A DNA stretch of 64,000 bases from Selaginella moellendorffii. Lineage: Eukaryota; Plantae; Lycopodiophyta. Positions 23,707 through 35,918 of this stretch are shown here, one piece after another (the first letter of the stretch is position 1; each line of letters starts with the position of its first letter). The position numbers were made by a program, and so were the translations under genes. The notes under the pieces are model-generated. The model did not search any database, had not been told where the DNA came from, and saw only the letters and a list, made by a program, of their open reading frames with translations. The stretch lies in assembly GCF_000143415.4 (NCBI RefSeq), contig NW_003314331.1:354244-418243 (forward strand), written 5' to 3'.

Positions 23707-26124
23707 ATGAATCAAGTCACATTTCATCTCTTAATTCTCCATTTCACATTCTTTGCCCATTGTGACGGCGACGTTTTTCGTTCAAGAGTTCCCACAAACT
23801 CCTCATGGAGATTCAATCTAGACACCAGTGGCACCATCATCCTTTATCAGCCTTCTCGCAAGCTAGCGGCCGGATTCGCTTTTATTAATTGCGAAGCGTG
23901 TAATGCTAGGCCTAGTGTTTACTTCTCAGTGCTCATGCTAAGCAAGTCTCCCAGTAGTGTGGGAGACGTTGAATTCGGCCCGAGCGCTAGCCAAGCTCAC
24001 TTAATCTGGGTTGCAAACAGAAACCGGCCAGTCTTCATGTACTGCACCCTCGAGCTACAGCTCGATGGAAACTTGGTCTTGCGAGATATCAACGCCACCA
24101 TCGCGTGGGAATCCAACACGGCTGGGCTGGGCGTCGCGGGGATGGAGCTCCGCGAGACGGGCAATCTGGTTCTCTATGGCAGCGGCAACCAAACGATCTG
24201 GCAGAGCTTTGGAGAGCTCCAAGACACGCTCACCATTGGTCAACGCCTCCAGCCTGGGGAATCTCTCGAGAGTAGCGTCTCCGAGTTTAACTTCTCTCGC
24301 GGCCACTTTCGCCTCCTCGTGGAGCCCGACCGGGTATCGCTCAAGTTCTCCACCTCCGGGGTGAGCTACGGCGAGTGGTGCGCTTATGGAGAAGAGATTG
24401 GATTCGTCACCATTGACAATGGATCACTAGGTTGCCACCGCAAGAAGGATAACTCCGAGATCCAATCCATCCTTTTCCCGGCTGCATCATCCGTAGTTAA
24501 CAACAGGTTCTTGCGGCTCTTTCCTAGCGGCGATCTCCGGGTATACACCTCCGAGGGAGATATTCTTGTCGAAACCGGGTATAGTATCATCAGCGACTTT
24601 GTGGAGGACTACTCGCCCTGCGGGAAGTTCCCGGGATCTTGTGGGGAGTATGGCGTGTGTACAACGAGTGGAGAGTGCATTTGTCCCAGCTATTCCTCGT
24701 ACTTGGACCCTAGCAATCCCAAGCTTGGATGCAAGCTATATCGCCCACCACCAGAGTCTTTGGAAAACTGCGAGGAAAACAGCGAGATCGAGGAATTTCC
24801 TGGGATGATCTCTGTGGGGTTGTACAAGGATTTTACAGACATGCCACTTGAGGAGTGTAGAAATTCGTGCCTGGGGAACTGTAGCTGCAAGGGAGTGCTG
24901 TTCAGCACGCACAGGTGCGTGGAATTGCTCGAGGTTTTCACCGTGTGGAACTCTACGGGTATGTATGGAAAGTCTAAGAACATCACAGCGTTTGTGAAGA
25001 TGGGCTTGCGGCATTCTACGAACTTGACTTTTCCAAAACCCAACAATCAGAGAAAAAAATCATGGTCTTTGACTTACTTTGCTGTTGCCAGTGTTTTTGG
25101 AGCCGTTATTGTTGTGGTGGTAGCGGTGATATGGAAGTTCCCGAATGCAAAAGCTTTCAAGAAGTCTCAGCAGACGATTATGGAACAAGTCCGGCCAGAG
25201 TTTCCTAATGCTCCCAGGAGTTACGCGTATGAGGAGCTGTGTGAGATCACTGGCAACTTCAAGAGCAAACTTGGCCAGGGAGGATTTAGCACTGTTTTTG
25301 CGGGAGTTCTCCAGGATGGCAGCAAGGTTGCGGTCAAGAGATTGGAGACTGCAAGGCAAGGGCTCAAGCAGTTCATGGCTGAGGTGAGAACCATTGGCAG
25401 CATCCATCACCGAAACCTAGTTCAGTTGCAAGGCTATGGAGCTGACGACCATCACTATTACCTGGTATACGAGTTTGTAGAAAATCTCTCGCTAGATAAG
25501 TGGCTCTTCAGTAAGATCCACAGTCATGATCCAAAAAAGCAGCAGGCTTTGAGGTGGAAGATAAGATCTCAGATCGCCATGGACATTGCTCGTGGACTGG
25601 ATTATCTTCACGGAGGATGCAAGGATCAGGTCCTCCACCTTGACATCAAGCCACAAAACATCCTCCTTGATGCAGATTTTGGAGCCAAGATTTGTGACTT
25701 TGGACTTGCAAGGCTGGTCGAGAGGAGTGATCACGAGAAGATCTTTGTCAACACGGTGATGCGAGGAACTCCCGGATACATGGCTCCTGAGTGGCTCCAT
25801 TCCCGGGTGACGGACAAGGCAGATGTTTACAGCTTTGGGATCGTTTTGCTGGAGCTTGTGAGTGGAAGAAAGGTGGTGCCCCTACCATCCAGCGCGGTGA
25901 TCAGCCACGGAGCTTCCAGGATCTTGAAAGTAAAAGCATTTGAAAGAAGTGAATTGCTGCTTGGAAACATGGATCCGGGGCTGTTGAATGTGCCGGACTT
26001 TAATTTGGAAGAGGCCAAAGAGTTGGTAAGGGTTGGACTTCTGTGCGTCCAGCAAGAACAGCTTCGAAGACCTTCTATCGGGGTTGTGTTGAAAATGCTG
26101 GAAGAAGCAATCAAAAAAATATGA
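23707..26124 (+). CDS. G-type (bulb) lectin S-domain receptor-like Ser/Thr kinase (SD-2-like), non-RD, intronless
   Basis: Signal peptide, B-lectin (IWVANRNRPV, LQLDGNLVLRD, WESNT, GNLVLY, IWQSF), EGF-like Cys cluster, PAN (CRNSCLGNCSC), TM helix and kinase (LGQGGFSTVF, VAVKRL, HLDIKPQN, DFG, GTPGYMAPEW, DVYSFG). First ATG at 23707. Confidence 0.95.
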   Translation: MNQVTFHLLILHFTFFAHCDGDVFRSRVPTNSSWRFNLDTSGTIILYQPSRKLAAGFAFINCEACNARPSVYFSVLMLSKSPSSVGDVEFGPSASQAHLIWVANRNRPVFMYCTLELQLDGNLVLRDINATIAWESNTAGLGVAGMELRETGNLVLYGSGNQTIWQSFGELQDTLTIGQRLQPGESLESSVSEFNFSRGHFRLLVEPDRVSLKFSTSGVSYGEWCAYGEEIGFVTIDNGSLGCHRKKDNSEIQSILFPAASSVVNNRFLRLFPSGDLRVYTSEGDILVETGYSIISDFVEDYSPCGKFPGSCGEYGVCTTSGECICPSYSSYLDPSNPKLGCKLYRPPPESLENCEENSEIEEFPGMISVGLYKDFTDMPLEECRNSCLGNCSCKGVLFSTHRCVELLEVFTVWNSTGMYGKSKNITAFVKMGLRHSTNLTFPKPNNQRKKSWSLTYFAVASVFGAVIVVVVAVIWKFPNAKAFKKSQQTIMEQVRPEFPNAPRSYAYEELCEITGNFKSKLGQGGFSTVFAGVLQDGSKVAVKRLETARQGLKQFMAEVRTIGSIHHRNLVQLQGYGADDHHYYLVYEFVENLSLDKWLFSKIHSHDPKKQQALRWKIRSQIAMDIARGLDYLHGGCKDQVLHLDIKPQNILLDADFGAKICDFGLARLVERSDHEKIFVNTVMRGTPGYMAPEWLHSRVTDKADVYSFGIVLLELVSGRKVVPLPSSAVISHGASRILKVKAFERSELLLGNMDPGLLNVPDFNLEEAKELVRVGLLCVQQEQLRRPSIGVVLKMLEEAIKKI

Positions 26125-26329
26125 AACAAAAAATTTAAAATTCATTTGGAGGATTTTTTATTTTTGGTCTGAATTCTCAGTGCAGGACAACCAAAAGTAT
26201 TTAAGAAGTGGGAAGTCCAGTGATTGTTCAAAGATATTTTGGCATTGTAGGATTTGCTATTCTAAAACCGTAAAAATTAAATTTATTGCATCTCTTGATC
26301 CGGCTATCAATTCTCCATTTTTCCCGCTG

Positions 26330-28225
26330 TGCTCAAGAGTTCCTACAAATTCCTTGTGGCAATTCGGTTTAAGCAGCATCATGCTCTACCAGCCTTCTCG
26401 CAATCTGGCAGCAGGGTTCGCTTCAATTCATTGCAAGACATGTTCTACTGCTAGTGTCTACTTCTCGGTGTTCAAGGCCCCGATAGCGTGAGAGAAATTG
26501 GCTCTGGCGCTAGGCAAGCTGGGTAGCAAACACAAACAGGCCAGTCTTCATGTACTGCGTCCTCGAGCTAGAGGAAACCTGCTCCTTGCGAGATAGCAAC
26601 CACAGCATCGCGTGGGAATCCAAGACCGCTGGCATGGGCGTCGTGGGGATGGAGCTCCTCGAGACCCGCAATCTTGTTCTCTATGGCAGCGCTAACGAGA
26701 TGGATGATATGGCAGAGCTTTGCAGATCCCCACGATACACTCGTCGGCCAGCGCCTCCTGCCCGGGCAATCGATTGTGAGCAGCGTCTCCAAGCATAACT
26801 TTTCGCGTGGCTACTTTCGCCTCCTCGTGGAACACGACCGGGTATCGCTGAAGTTCTCCACCTCTGGGGTGAGCTCTGCTTCCAAAGAGGAGATTGGATT
26901 CCTTGCAATAAACAATGGATCGCTAAGTAGTAAGTTGCCACCGCAAGAAGGATGGCTCCATGATCACGTTCACTTTCCCGCCGACTAAGAGCAGATTCTT
27001 GGGCTTCTTCCAAGCGGCGATCTCCGGGTCTACGGCGATGTTGTGGAGGACAACTCGCTTCTGTACGACGAGTGGAGATTGCATCTGTCCCGCGAGATGA
27101 GTAATGAGCTCGAGGAGTATCCTGTGGACTATACAAGGATTTAACAAACGTGTCGATTGAGCAGTGTAAGAGTTCGTGCCTGGGGAGTGCTGTTTAGCTT
27201 GCACAGGTGCGTGGAGTTGCCTGAGGTTTTCACATTGTGGAACTCAGCATAACTATATGACCGGTGAAAGAAATTGAGGTCATCGGCTGACATTGCGGCT
27301 GCCATTGTTTTTGGAGCAGCCATCGTTTTGGTGGTCGCGGTATGGAAGTTTTACAAAGCAACAGCTTTCACACCAAAAGAGACAGGGAAGAACTCTCCGA
27401 GTAGGGAATTACTCCGGCCAGAGTTTCCTAACGCTCCCAGGTACTGTGAGCACGAGGAGCTGTGTGAGATCACTAGCAACTTCAAGACTAAACTTGGTCG
27501 GGGAGGATTTAGCACCGTTTTTGCGGGAGTTCTTCAAGATGGCAACAGGTTGCCGTAAAAAGGTTGGAGAGCGCAAAGCAAGGGCTCAAGAAATTCGAGG
27601 CCGAGGTGAGAACCGTTGGAAGCACCCATCATCGAAACCTGGTCAAGTTGCAAGGCTATGGAGCTCACGGCCAGCACTACTACCTGGTATACGAGTTTGT
27701 GGAAATCTTTCGCTGGATAAGTGGCTCTTTAGTAATATCCCGGACAAGCATGAACATTTGAGCTCGAGGACTAGATTACCTTCACGGAGGATGCAAGGAT
27801 CAGGTCCTCCACCTGATATCAAGCCGCAAAACATCCTCCATGACGCAGACTTTGGAGCTAAGATTTGTGATTTTGGACTTGCAAGGCTGGTTGAAAGGAG
27901 TGATCACGAGAAGAACTTTGTCAACACGGTGATGCGGGGAACTCCCAGATACATGGCTCCAGAGTGACTCCATTCACGGGTGACAGAGAAGGCAGATGTT
28001 TAGAGCTGGAGCTTCTGAGTGGGAGGAAAACGGTTCCCCTCCCGTCTAGTGCCTCGATCAGTCAGGGAACTTCCAGGATCTTGAAAGTAAAAGCATTCGA
28101 AAGGATTGAGTTGCTGCTGGAAAACGTGGATCCTGTTGATTGTGCCGGAGTTTGATTTAGAAGAGGCCAAAGAGGTCGTAAGGATTGTACTTCTGTGCGT
28201 CCGCCAAAAACAGGTTCAAAGACGT
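26330..28225 (+). pseudogene. Tandem pseudogene copy of the G-type lectin RLK
   Basis: Collinear with 23780-26070 (SRVPTNSLWQF, WESKTAGMGVVGMELLET, PDIKPQNILHDADFGAKICDFGLARL), with many deletions, frameshifts and stops such as MAPE*. Confidence 0.92.
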
Positions 28226-28325
28226 TGGCAAGCAAAAAAAATAAAAATTAAAAATAATGAATTCTAAAAAGGTGGTCCTCTATAATAGGACTCCTTTTCT
28301 AATAGAATTTTAGGTCTACTCAAAG

Positions 28326-29294
28326 ATGGCTCTTTCTTCTCGGAAAGGTGGCGGTGCTTCGTTTATCAAGTATAACCCATCTTTGCGGTTTAATTCTGGA
28401 GGTAAAGAAAGAACTATAAAGATGGTGGAGCTGCCGGTGGATCCGCTAGAGCCCCCCAAGTTTAAGTACAAGAAACTTCCCCGGCTCTCGGGCTCGCCTC
28501 TGGTACGCATCATGCACTCACCAGCTCGTCCAGTGACTGTCCAGGATCAACAAGACTGGAAGATCGTCCCTTGCATCTCCAACTGGAAGAATCCCAAAGG
28601 ATACACAATTGGATTGGACAAGCGCTTGGCCGCCGATGGGAGGGGGGTCCAGGAGGTGCAAATCAATCACAGGTTTGCCCACCTCTCTGAGGCTCTCCAC
28701 GGTGCGGAGAATAAGTCGCGGGAGGCCGTACTGTTGCGGTCACAGATCCAGAAGGAGATCCATCTCAACGAACAGAGTAAAAGAGAGCAGGAGCTTCGAT
28801 CGCTCGCTGAAAGAGCGAGAACGGAAAGAAGTCATATTGGATTGAGGGAAGAACAAGAGGAGCGAGAAGACGAGGAAAGGCAAGAGAGGGATGTGATTCG
28901 TGGCGAGCGGAAGAGGGAACGCGAGCGAGAAGCTTGTTTGAGGAAATCTTCAAAGAGGAAAATTGTGAGGGATTGCGAGAGGGATATCTCCGAGAAGGTT
29001 GCTCTTGGATCCATGGCTAGTGTCACGAAGGGTGGTGAGCTGGTGTATGATCAGCGATTGTTTAACCAGGAGCAAGGCATGGATTCTGGCTATGGCGGCG
29101 ATGACAGTGTGTACAATGTGTATGACAAGGGGCTCTTCCATCCAAGCTTGGGTGGCTTGCACAGGCCAAAAAAAGATGGTATTAACGAGGAGCTAGGAGG
29201 ATTATCACGGGACAAGCCGGTTGAATTTGAGAAGGATTCATCGGATCCTTTTGGATTGAATGACTTCCTGAGTAAAATTAAAACTGAGAGGTAA
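28326..29294 (+). CDS. SKIP: SNW/SKI-interacting protein (SKIP/Prp45)-like ORF, N-terminally truncated (322 aa)
   Basis: PVDPLEPPKFKYKK, MHSPARPVTVQDQQDWKIVPCISNWKNPKGYTIGLDKRLAADGRG, RDISEKVALG, YDQRLFNQEQGMDSG and RDKPVEFEK..DPFGL. Uninterrupted ORF. Confidence 0.88.
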   Translation: MALSSRKGGGASFIKYNPSLRFNSGGKERTIKMVELPVDPLEPPKFKYKKLPRLSGSPLVRIMHSPARPVTVQDQQDWKIVPCISNWKNPKGYTIGLDKRLAADGRGVQEVQINHRFAHLSEALHGAENKSREAVLLRSQIQKEIHLNEQSKREQELRSLAERARTERSHIGLREEQEEREDEERQERDVIRGERKREREREACLRKSSKRKIVRDCERDISEKVALGSMASVTKGGELVYDQRLFNQEQGMDSGYGGDDSVYNVYDKGLFHPSLGGLHRPKKDGINEELGGLSRDKPVEFEKDSSDPFGLNDFLSKIKTER

Positions 29295-29403
29295 GACGAA
29301 AGTTGACGAAGACCAAAATTGACCGTAGAGAACTTCGAAAGATGATCGAGCTTTAGAATTTGAAGAAAACTAATGAAAGAAAGAAAGGTTTTTAACATTA
29401 CCA

Positions 29404-30965
29404 TCAGGAAGCCGAGGGAGCTGTCAGGAGCTCGAGCGAGCGCCTGAGATAGCTGATTGCGGTGGGGACGTCGTCAAACGCTAGAGCGCTCACTGCAAAC
29501 CTGGATGCCTTGTGTGCCTCTGTTATCTTCTCCGGTGGAGGCTTGTAGTTCTTCTCCAGCTCCGGCAATGGTGGAGCACTCGAGGTCCTCGGCAGTGGCG
29601 GCGGCTCATACACTGGCTGCTGCTGATACGCTGCTGCTGCTGCCGCTGCTGGAGCCTGCTGATAAGAAGAAGCCGGATTGATCGTCGGAGCTTGGAATGA
29701 TCCACCACCAGGTTGAGTGAAGCACGGATACGATGGAGGCGAGTGGTAGTCTCCGGATCCTGGGTGTTGCTGAGAAAACGGTGCCGACGAGCTCGGGTAG
29801 AAACCGGATGAGGGATACGTCGCGGAGGGGTAGCCACTGTCCATGGGATAGTCGTTTGTCCGAGACGTTTCCCAGCGGTCAGACTGAGGAAAGTGCTCGG
29901 GTGCATTTTGGAAATGCTCCACCGAGTTGCTACTGTAGAAGGAAGTCTCCGGTGGCGGCGGCGGCGGCGGCGGTGGTGGTGGTGGTGGCGGTGGCGGCGG
30001 CGTATGATCGAGTTGAGATGGAGCTGGAGCTGACGAGGAGTAATAGGCTGCTGTAGCGTGGTCGATACTGGTTTTGGGATTGACTGGTGGTGAAGGAGCC
30101 CGAGGTGCCTCTCCAGTGAGTAATTCTTGCTGCCAAAGCGGAGAAACACAGATTCTTAAGAACATAAAAAAGCACGAGCTAGAAAAGCCTCACCTCGGAG
30201 AAAACGTCGTCGAGTGAGAAGCCGGCATCGCCACCGGGTGGTCCAGGCTCGGGCTTTCGCCCCTCGCTCAAGGCCTTCCGGATATCAGCCGCCTTCCAAA
30301 CGGCGTACTTTTGCTTTTGCTCGATCTACAAATGCCCCTGGAAAACGTTAATGCAATACTCATTGGAGAAGCAAAAAGCAGGGAAAAGCAATTACTTCGG
30401 GTTGGAGATCTCCAAACTGCGTCAAGATCTCGAAGAAAATACTGGATGCGTAGAAAGTTTTCGCAGTGTTTCTAGACAATCGAAAGAGAAAAAAAAGCTG
30501 AGAGACCGCACAAAGAAAATAGATCACACATACAAGTCTGCTCGTCCAGCCCGGTCTTGCTTGTCCGCCTTGGAGAAAACACCCAAGGCAAATCCTTCCA
30601 CATGTAAGTTGTCGTCCGGGCTGAGCTTCACGGTTTTCTTATCCTAAACAAAGGAATAGAGCTCAGCACTAAAGGAACTTCCTTCGTTCTTACCTTCTCG
30701 AGCTGATTCATCAGCGACAAAAGCAGCGCGTTCATGGTCTTAGACCGCTCCTTCGCTGGAACTTTGAGGCCTCTCTCCATCGCATACAACCGACCTAGCC
30801 AAGCGTTTTTAGCGAGAAATCCCTGCTAGATTTCAATCGACACTCACAGTAATACGCCACCAGCGGATCGTGCTTCTGGAGCTCGTCGGCGCGCTGCAAG
30901 TAGGGCAGCATGATCGTCTTGGCCAGCTCCACGCCCCCGCCTGCGCCATCGTCTCCCGCTCCCAT
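29404..30965 (-). CDS. LIP5: LIP5/VTA1 (Vps4/SKD1 regulator, ESCRT-associated)
   Basis: Multi-exon: LPYLQRADELQKHDPLVAYYC/RLYAMERGL, HVEGFALGVFSKADKQDRAGRAD, TAKTFYASSIFFEIL, QKQKYAVWKAADIRKAL, a Pro-rich linker and C-terminal EAHKASRFAVSALAFDDVPTAI. Confidence 0.95.
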
Positions 30966-31109
30966 TGTGGGAAGAACCCTAATCTCAGTGATTGCGTGGC
31001 ACCATATCACGTTGCTATAGCGCGCTTCCAATGGACGGCCTTTGGAGCTGCTCGTGGCAAGCGCACAGCAATCCAATCCTCACCATCTCTTTCGCTCGCT
31101 GCTCGCTCA

Positions 31110-32450
31110 GATCCTTCTCTATCAACGTTATCGAGCAGCAGGTCACTCCGCTCAAACGCTTTTGTTCCCAGCAAGAACTCATGATCAGTCCCTTGAAGAT
31201 CTTCTCCTGGACTGGTGATCACTGCGCTTGATGGGAGAGCCACCACCTTTCTTCCACTCACAAACTCCAGCAAAACGATCCAAAGCTGCCTTGTCCGTCA
31301 CCCCCGAGTGGAGCCACTCGGGAGCCATGTATCCGGGAGTCCCTCGCATGGCCGTGCTGACAGAGTTCTTCTCGTGATCAACTCTCTCGACCGAGTCCAA
31401 AGTCACAAATCTTGGCTCCAAAGCTTGCATCCAGGAGGATGTTTTGCGGCTTGATATCGAGGTGGAGGCCCGATCCTTGCAACCTCCGTGAAGATAATCC
31501 AGGCCTCGGGCAATATCTCTCAGTGCCTGCTGCTTCATCGATCTTAGTAAAGAGCCACTTGTCCAGCGAGAGATATTCCACAAACTCGGTAGTAGTGCTG
31601 GCCGTGAGCTCCATAGCCTTGCAACCTAACCAGGTTCTGGTGACGGACGCTTCCAATGGTTCTTCCGCCATGAACTGCTTGAGCCCTTGCCTTGCAGCCT
31701 CCAATTTCTTGACCACCACCTTGGAGAGCTCCCGCGAAAACACTGCTAAATCCTCGTTAAGTTTTCTCTCGAAGTTGCTAGTGATCTCGCACAGCTCCTT
31801 TACTTAAAGTACCGTGGAGAGTTCTCAAGCTCTGGCAGGACGATACAGCTATTCCCCATTGTCTCAGAGCTTGCCCGGCGCTCAAACGTTTTGGCCTTGT
31901 AAAACTTCCATACCGCCATCACCATGACAGCGGCAGCTACTAGAAGAATGGCAGCAACGACATAAGCCGTTGGCCATGGTTTTCTTAGAATTTCTCGCTT
32001 ACTCGACGATCTTCCACTCTCTTCTCTTTTGTTGCTTGGAACTTCAGGTATCCTTGAGATCTCGGCCATGCTCATCTTTAAGAATGGGGTGGAGTACAAG
32101 CAGTCAAACATACTGGACAGCGTTGAAGAGTTCCACATCGTTAAAACCTGGGAGCACTCGTCAATTCGGCAAAGTATGCAGCTAGAGTTTTGCAAGCAGG
32201 AGTTCTTGCTCTTGGACGTTGAAACCTCCGGAAAGTAGTGATCATCCAGGGAAACTCGACGAGCTCGTTATCATTGTTGCCGAGCTGATGATCGAGTGGT
32301 GGGCGATTGAGCTTGCAGCCAAGTCTGGGATCCTCGGCATCGAGATACGAGGAAATAGCTTGCCGGACAAACAGTCTCCAGTACCGCCGTACTCTCCAGA
32401 AGACACCCGCAAGGAGTTGAAAAGCTTTGACAGCATTGACAAGAGTTGAT
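31110..32450 (-). pseudogene. Inverted, deleted pseudogene of a G-type lectin RLK (EGF/PAN-TM-kinase part)
   Basis: GEYGGTGDC, YLDAEDPRLGCKLNRPP, TM segment AYVVAAILLVAAAVMVMAVWKF, LHLDIKPQNILLDASFGAKICDFG, MRGTPGYMAPEWLHS and KAFERSDLLLDNVD, with multiple frameshifts. Confidence 0.9.
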
Positions 32451-35400
32451 CTGCAATGGTGAGCGAGGTAGCTGACAGGGTAGTTCACAATCTCCGCATG
32501 GGTCTTAACCACCTGAACAGAAGCAATAATTAGCATGGGGCAAAAAAAGGACATCAGATATAGGCAACTACTACACAAATACAAAGAAGTCCAGGATGGG
32601 GGTGATGCAGATGAACTAATCACAGTCATCAGTGATGGCAAACCATTCTGGGATTCCAACACCAAGCTTTCTCCTTGTCCATGTGATGTTCTCAAGAGCA
32701 GGAGCAAGGGCAAGGCAAAGTCTGCCATTCACTTTGTTCAAAAAACCCAGGTGTACTATCTAACCATGCCACAGTTATGGATCCTCATTATTCAACTGGA
32801 GTTCCTTAATTTTTGGCTTGTAGGAATTTCCCATATTATCCAAACTTGCCAAGTGGCTCCTCCGCCGATTCTAACTCCACTGCTATTTCAGGATTTTTGA
32901 CTTGTGCTTTTCCATATCTATTTACGGCTTTTCCACTTTTGTTTGTGGTTGTGTTTGTGGCTTTTCCAACTTTGTGGTTTATTAAACTTTACTGTTTCTC
33001 CAACAAACAGTGTTTATATATCAATCAAGATGAGTTTTTCAAGGATTTCAAGTGAGCCTACCCTGAGATGAAAATTGGCATCAGGACATTTGAAAGCTTA
33101 AAACCAGGTTCAAGCATTTTAGAAAGTTCAATATGTATTATATATATCATGTGAAGATGACTCCCATGCACTAGGGGATGGCATTGCACAGTTTGCCTTG
33201 TGCTTGTATGCTTGTCATGCTTTGAGATTAGTTTTTCAAAGACAATTGCTAACATCTGGGATATGATAGATACAGCTCTTTCCCAATGCTGGCACATAAC
33301 ACTTCATGATATTGGCAGCCCGAATATCTCCTCAAAGTGAGGAAGGCACCACAACTAGCTACTCTAAAATTAGGTTGGTGGCCTAGGGACAATGTGTAAT
33401 AATGCTATGTATAGAGAATGACAATTATAATGTCTTGCCTACTATGGGGACAGAATGTCTATTTTAGCTTTTGGAATTGTATGTATAATATGAAAAAAAG
33501 TGTTGCAAGCAACACTTGGTTTGCTTTTGTTTTCAAATATTTTTATTATAATATAACTTTTGAGATTGCATAGCCAGGATTGTGACCTTGATGGCAAAGT
33601 ATGTCCAGTTGTGGTGGATTTCTTTTTTGGTTTTTGATATCCAAGTCTGGAAATATTTCATGGAAGTATTCACTCTTCCTCTTTTACTCTGCAGATTTTA
33701 TAGGAAAACTTTGTCCTATAGCAAAAGAACACATTCAAACTTTATAAGAAGGGAGCATCTAGCCATCTATCTTGATGTTCCAGATTCTGCAACTTTGCCC
33801 TATGGAGTGATTGCAATTTATCTGATTGCCAGTTCAGGCAGAAGCTTTGTATGCACAAAGCTACTATAGCCAAAGAGTAGTCAGGATTTAATGTTGAGCT
33901 GTATAGATACTTGAGCTGTCATGTCACTTCACAAACTTATAAAGGATAGAGGCAGACATAAATGTTTGGAAGAAGATGGGTTTTTGGGCTTATGATTCAA
34001 AATAACAAACATACTACAATCGTAAGGTAGCCTTTGTCTCTTATCATTAAACAAACAAGGCACATTATTCATTCAACAAGGAGTTCTAAGTGTTTATCTA
34101 TGTAATTGAGGCATACTACACTACCCATCCCCAAGGCAATTAAGATCTTGAAACCAAAGGAGGGGTTTGATGATATTGTTAAGAATCCCATCTCAAGGGA
34201 TATTGGTTATGCTCAAGTAGTGTTCAAGTTCGCCTCTAGAACAACCTGGCCACATGAAGAGGAGGTAGTGGCACTGGACAAGCATGAAAGCAAATGCTTA
34301 GATGTGATGCCTGTGAAACATCCCTCTAATCTGGAGAAGATGTTGTTCCTGGTGTTGGTCTGTTAGATGCTAAGAGGAGTGTTTGTATTGCAATGGAATA
34401 GTGCTATTTATATTTAGTATTATTTATTAATCTAATTAATAAATAATTATGAGCATGTTTCTGTGTTTAGACAAGTTTATAATTATAAATACAAGATTAA
34501 TCTAAATGAATAACTAATAAAATATTCTAGAATATCCAAGATATTCTAGGTATATTCACTACCACCTTGGTTTGCTTAAACAAACCAAAAAAGGAAAAGT
34601 TACCTTTCATAGCATTTTGTTTTGTAGGTTATCAAGGCTGTTGGAGTCCCACTGATTACCTACATTTGACATCTCTGTGTATGTATCTAAGAATGCATTT
34701 GTGAATATTCAAACCTTTATTAACAAAATTATTGTAGAGTTCAAACATATCATCTTGGTTCTCTTCTCCTTTGCATGCTGTTCAAAGTAAATACACTTAA
34801 AGTCAGAAATTGCCACAGAATTAATAGATTTTCTTGATAGGCATATGAATTTTTTCACTGGATAAGTGAACATCAATTGGTTATAAGATTTCCAAAGAAA
34901 ATAAGAATCATAAATGATTTTTTTTTAATCAATTTAATACAACATTCATCATTCACATGGAAGACATTGCCAACTTAGGTATGGATTAAAAAATTTAGTA
35001 CAACAAAATGTCTATGTTTATTGGTGCAAACAATTATTGATAATATGCCAAGGATCTACAGAATTGATCACACTATAATCTATATGATGTATAAGTATGA
35101 TGACAATGGTGAACTATATTCTAAAACAGTATACACTATATGAGCTATCAAAAGTGATGTGAATTTGTGGAAGTTCTTTATCAAAGTATAATCTATATGA
35201 ATAATTATATAGTGTATGAGCATTAGGAAACTATTTAAGTAACCACATGGAACAATGTGTGGCAAACTATAATTTTTATGAACTATACATTGTGTAAAAT
35301 AGTTACTAACTTTAGAAAAATACTTTGATAACTACATAGAACATGAATATAAAAAACTATATATAGATTGAGCTATATAAAAATTATGTAAAAAACCATA

Positions 35401-35580
35401 TAAAGAGTCAATACATATTTTTACTTAGATTCTTACTACAACTGTGTGTTTATAGTAGAAGTTATAAGGAGATTTTCTCAAAAATCACCCTCTCCTCTCT
35501 AAAAGTGAAAACACATTCATTCACAAGACATGATTGTCCAAGTGTTGACGTTTAATTTTCTTTCCATTACTCCATCCTTA

Positions 35581-35918
35581 CTCTGATACCAATGTTAGAA
35601 TTGTGGCTAACGAGGGGCAAAAACATTTTGAAAGAATATTCAATATGGTGGATTTAAAAGGAGAACTAAGGTTTGATAAACCCTAAGAGAAGGACTATAA
35701 AGGGAGGATTGTTAAGCACCAAATCAGGATAATAAAATAAAGAAAAAGCCCTACAATTAAATAATCACCCCTTTAATCAGTGTAAGGGATAATATCCTAC
35801 CCTTTTATTATTCAAGTCCAAGATTCCCACAATGTTTATGATGCCTTCCCTCTACTAGAATTTCCTAAAATTTTGCCACCTCCTTTCTTTGTTGATGATC
35901 TTTTTGAACCATCCAACA
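35581..35918 (-). mobile_element. Probable LTR retrotransposon remnant: tRNA-Met PBS plus a candidate ~326 bp LTR
   Basis: CTCTGATACCA (35581-35591) is the reverse complement of the canonical PBS TGGTATCAGAG. It lies 1 nt from TGTTAGA (35593), and a candidate other end TCCAACA closes at 35918. No internal ORF was recognised. Confidence 0.55.

Noticed and set aside
34361-34565. Possible second LTR starting TGTTAG
   Set aside because: No matching partner LTR, PBS or TSD could be identified by eye.
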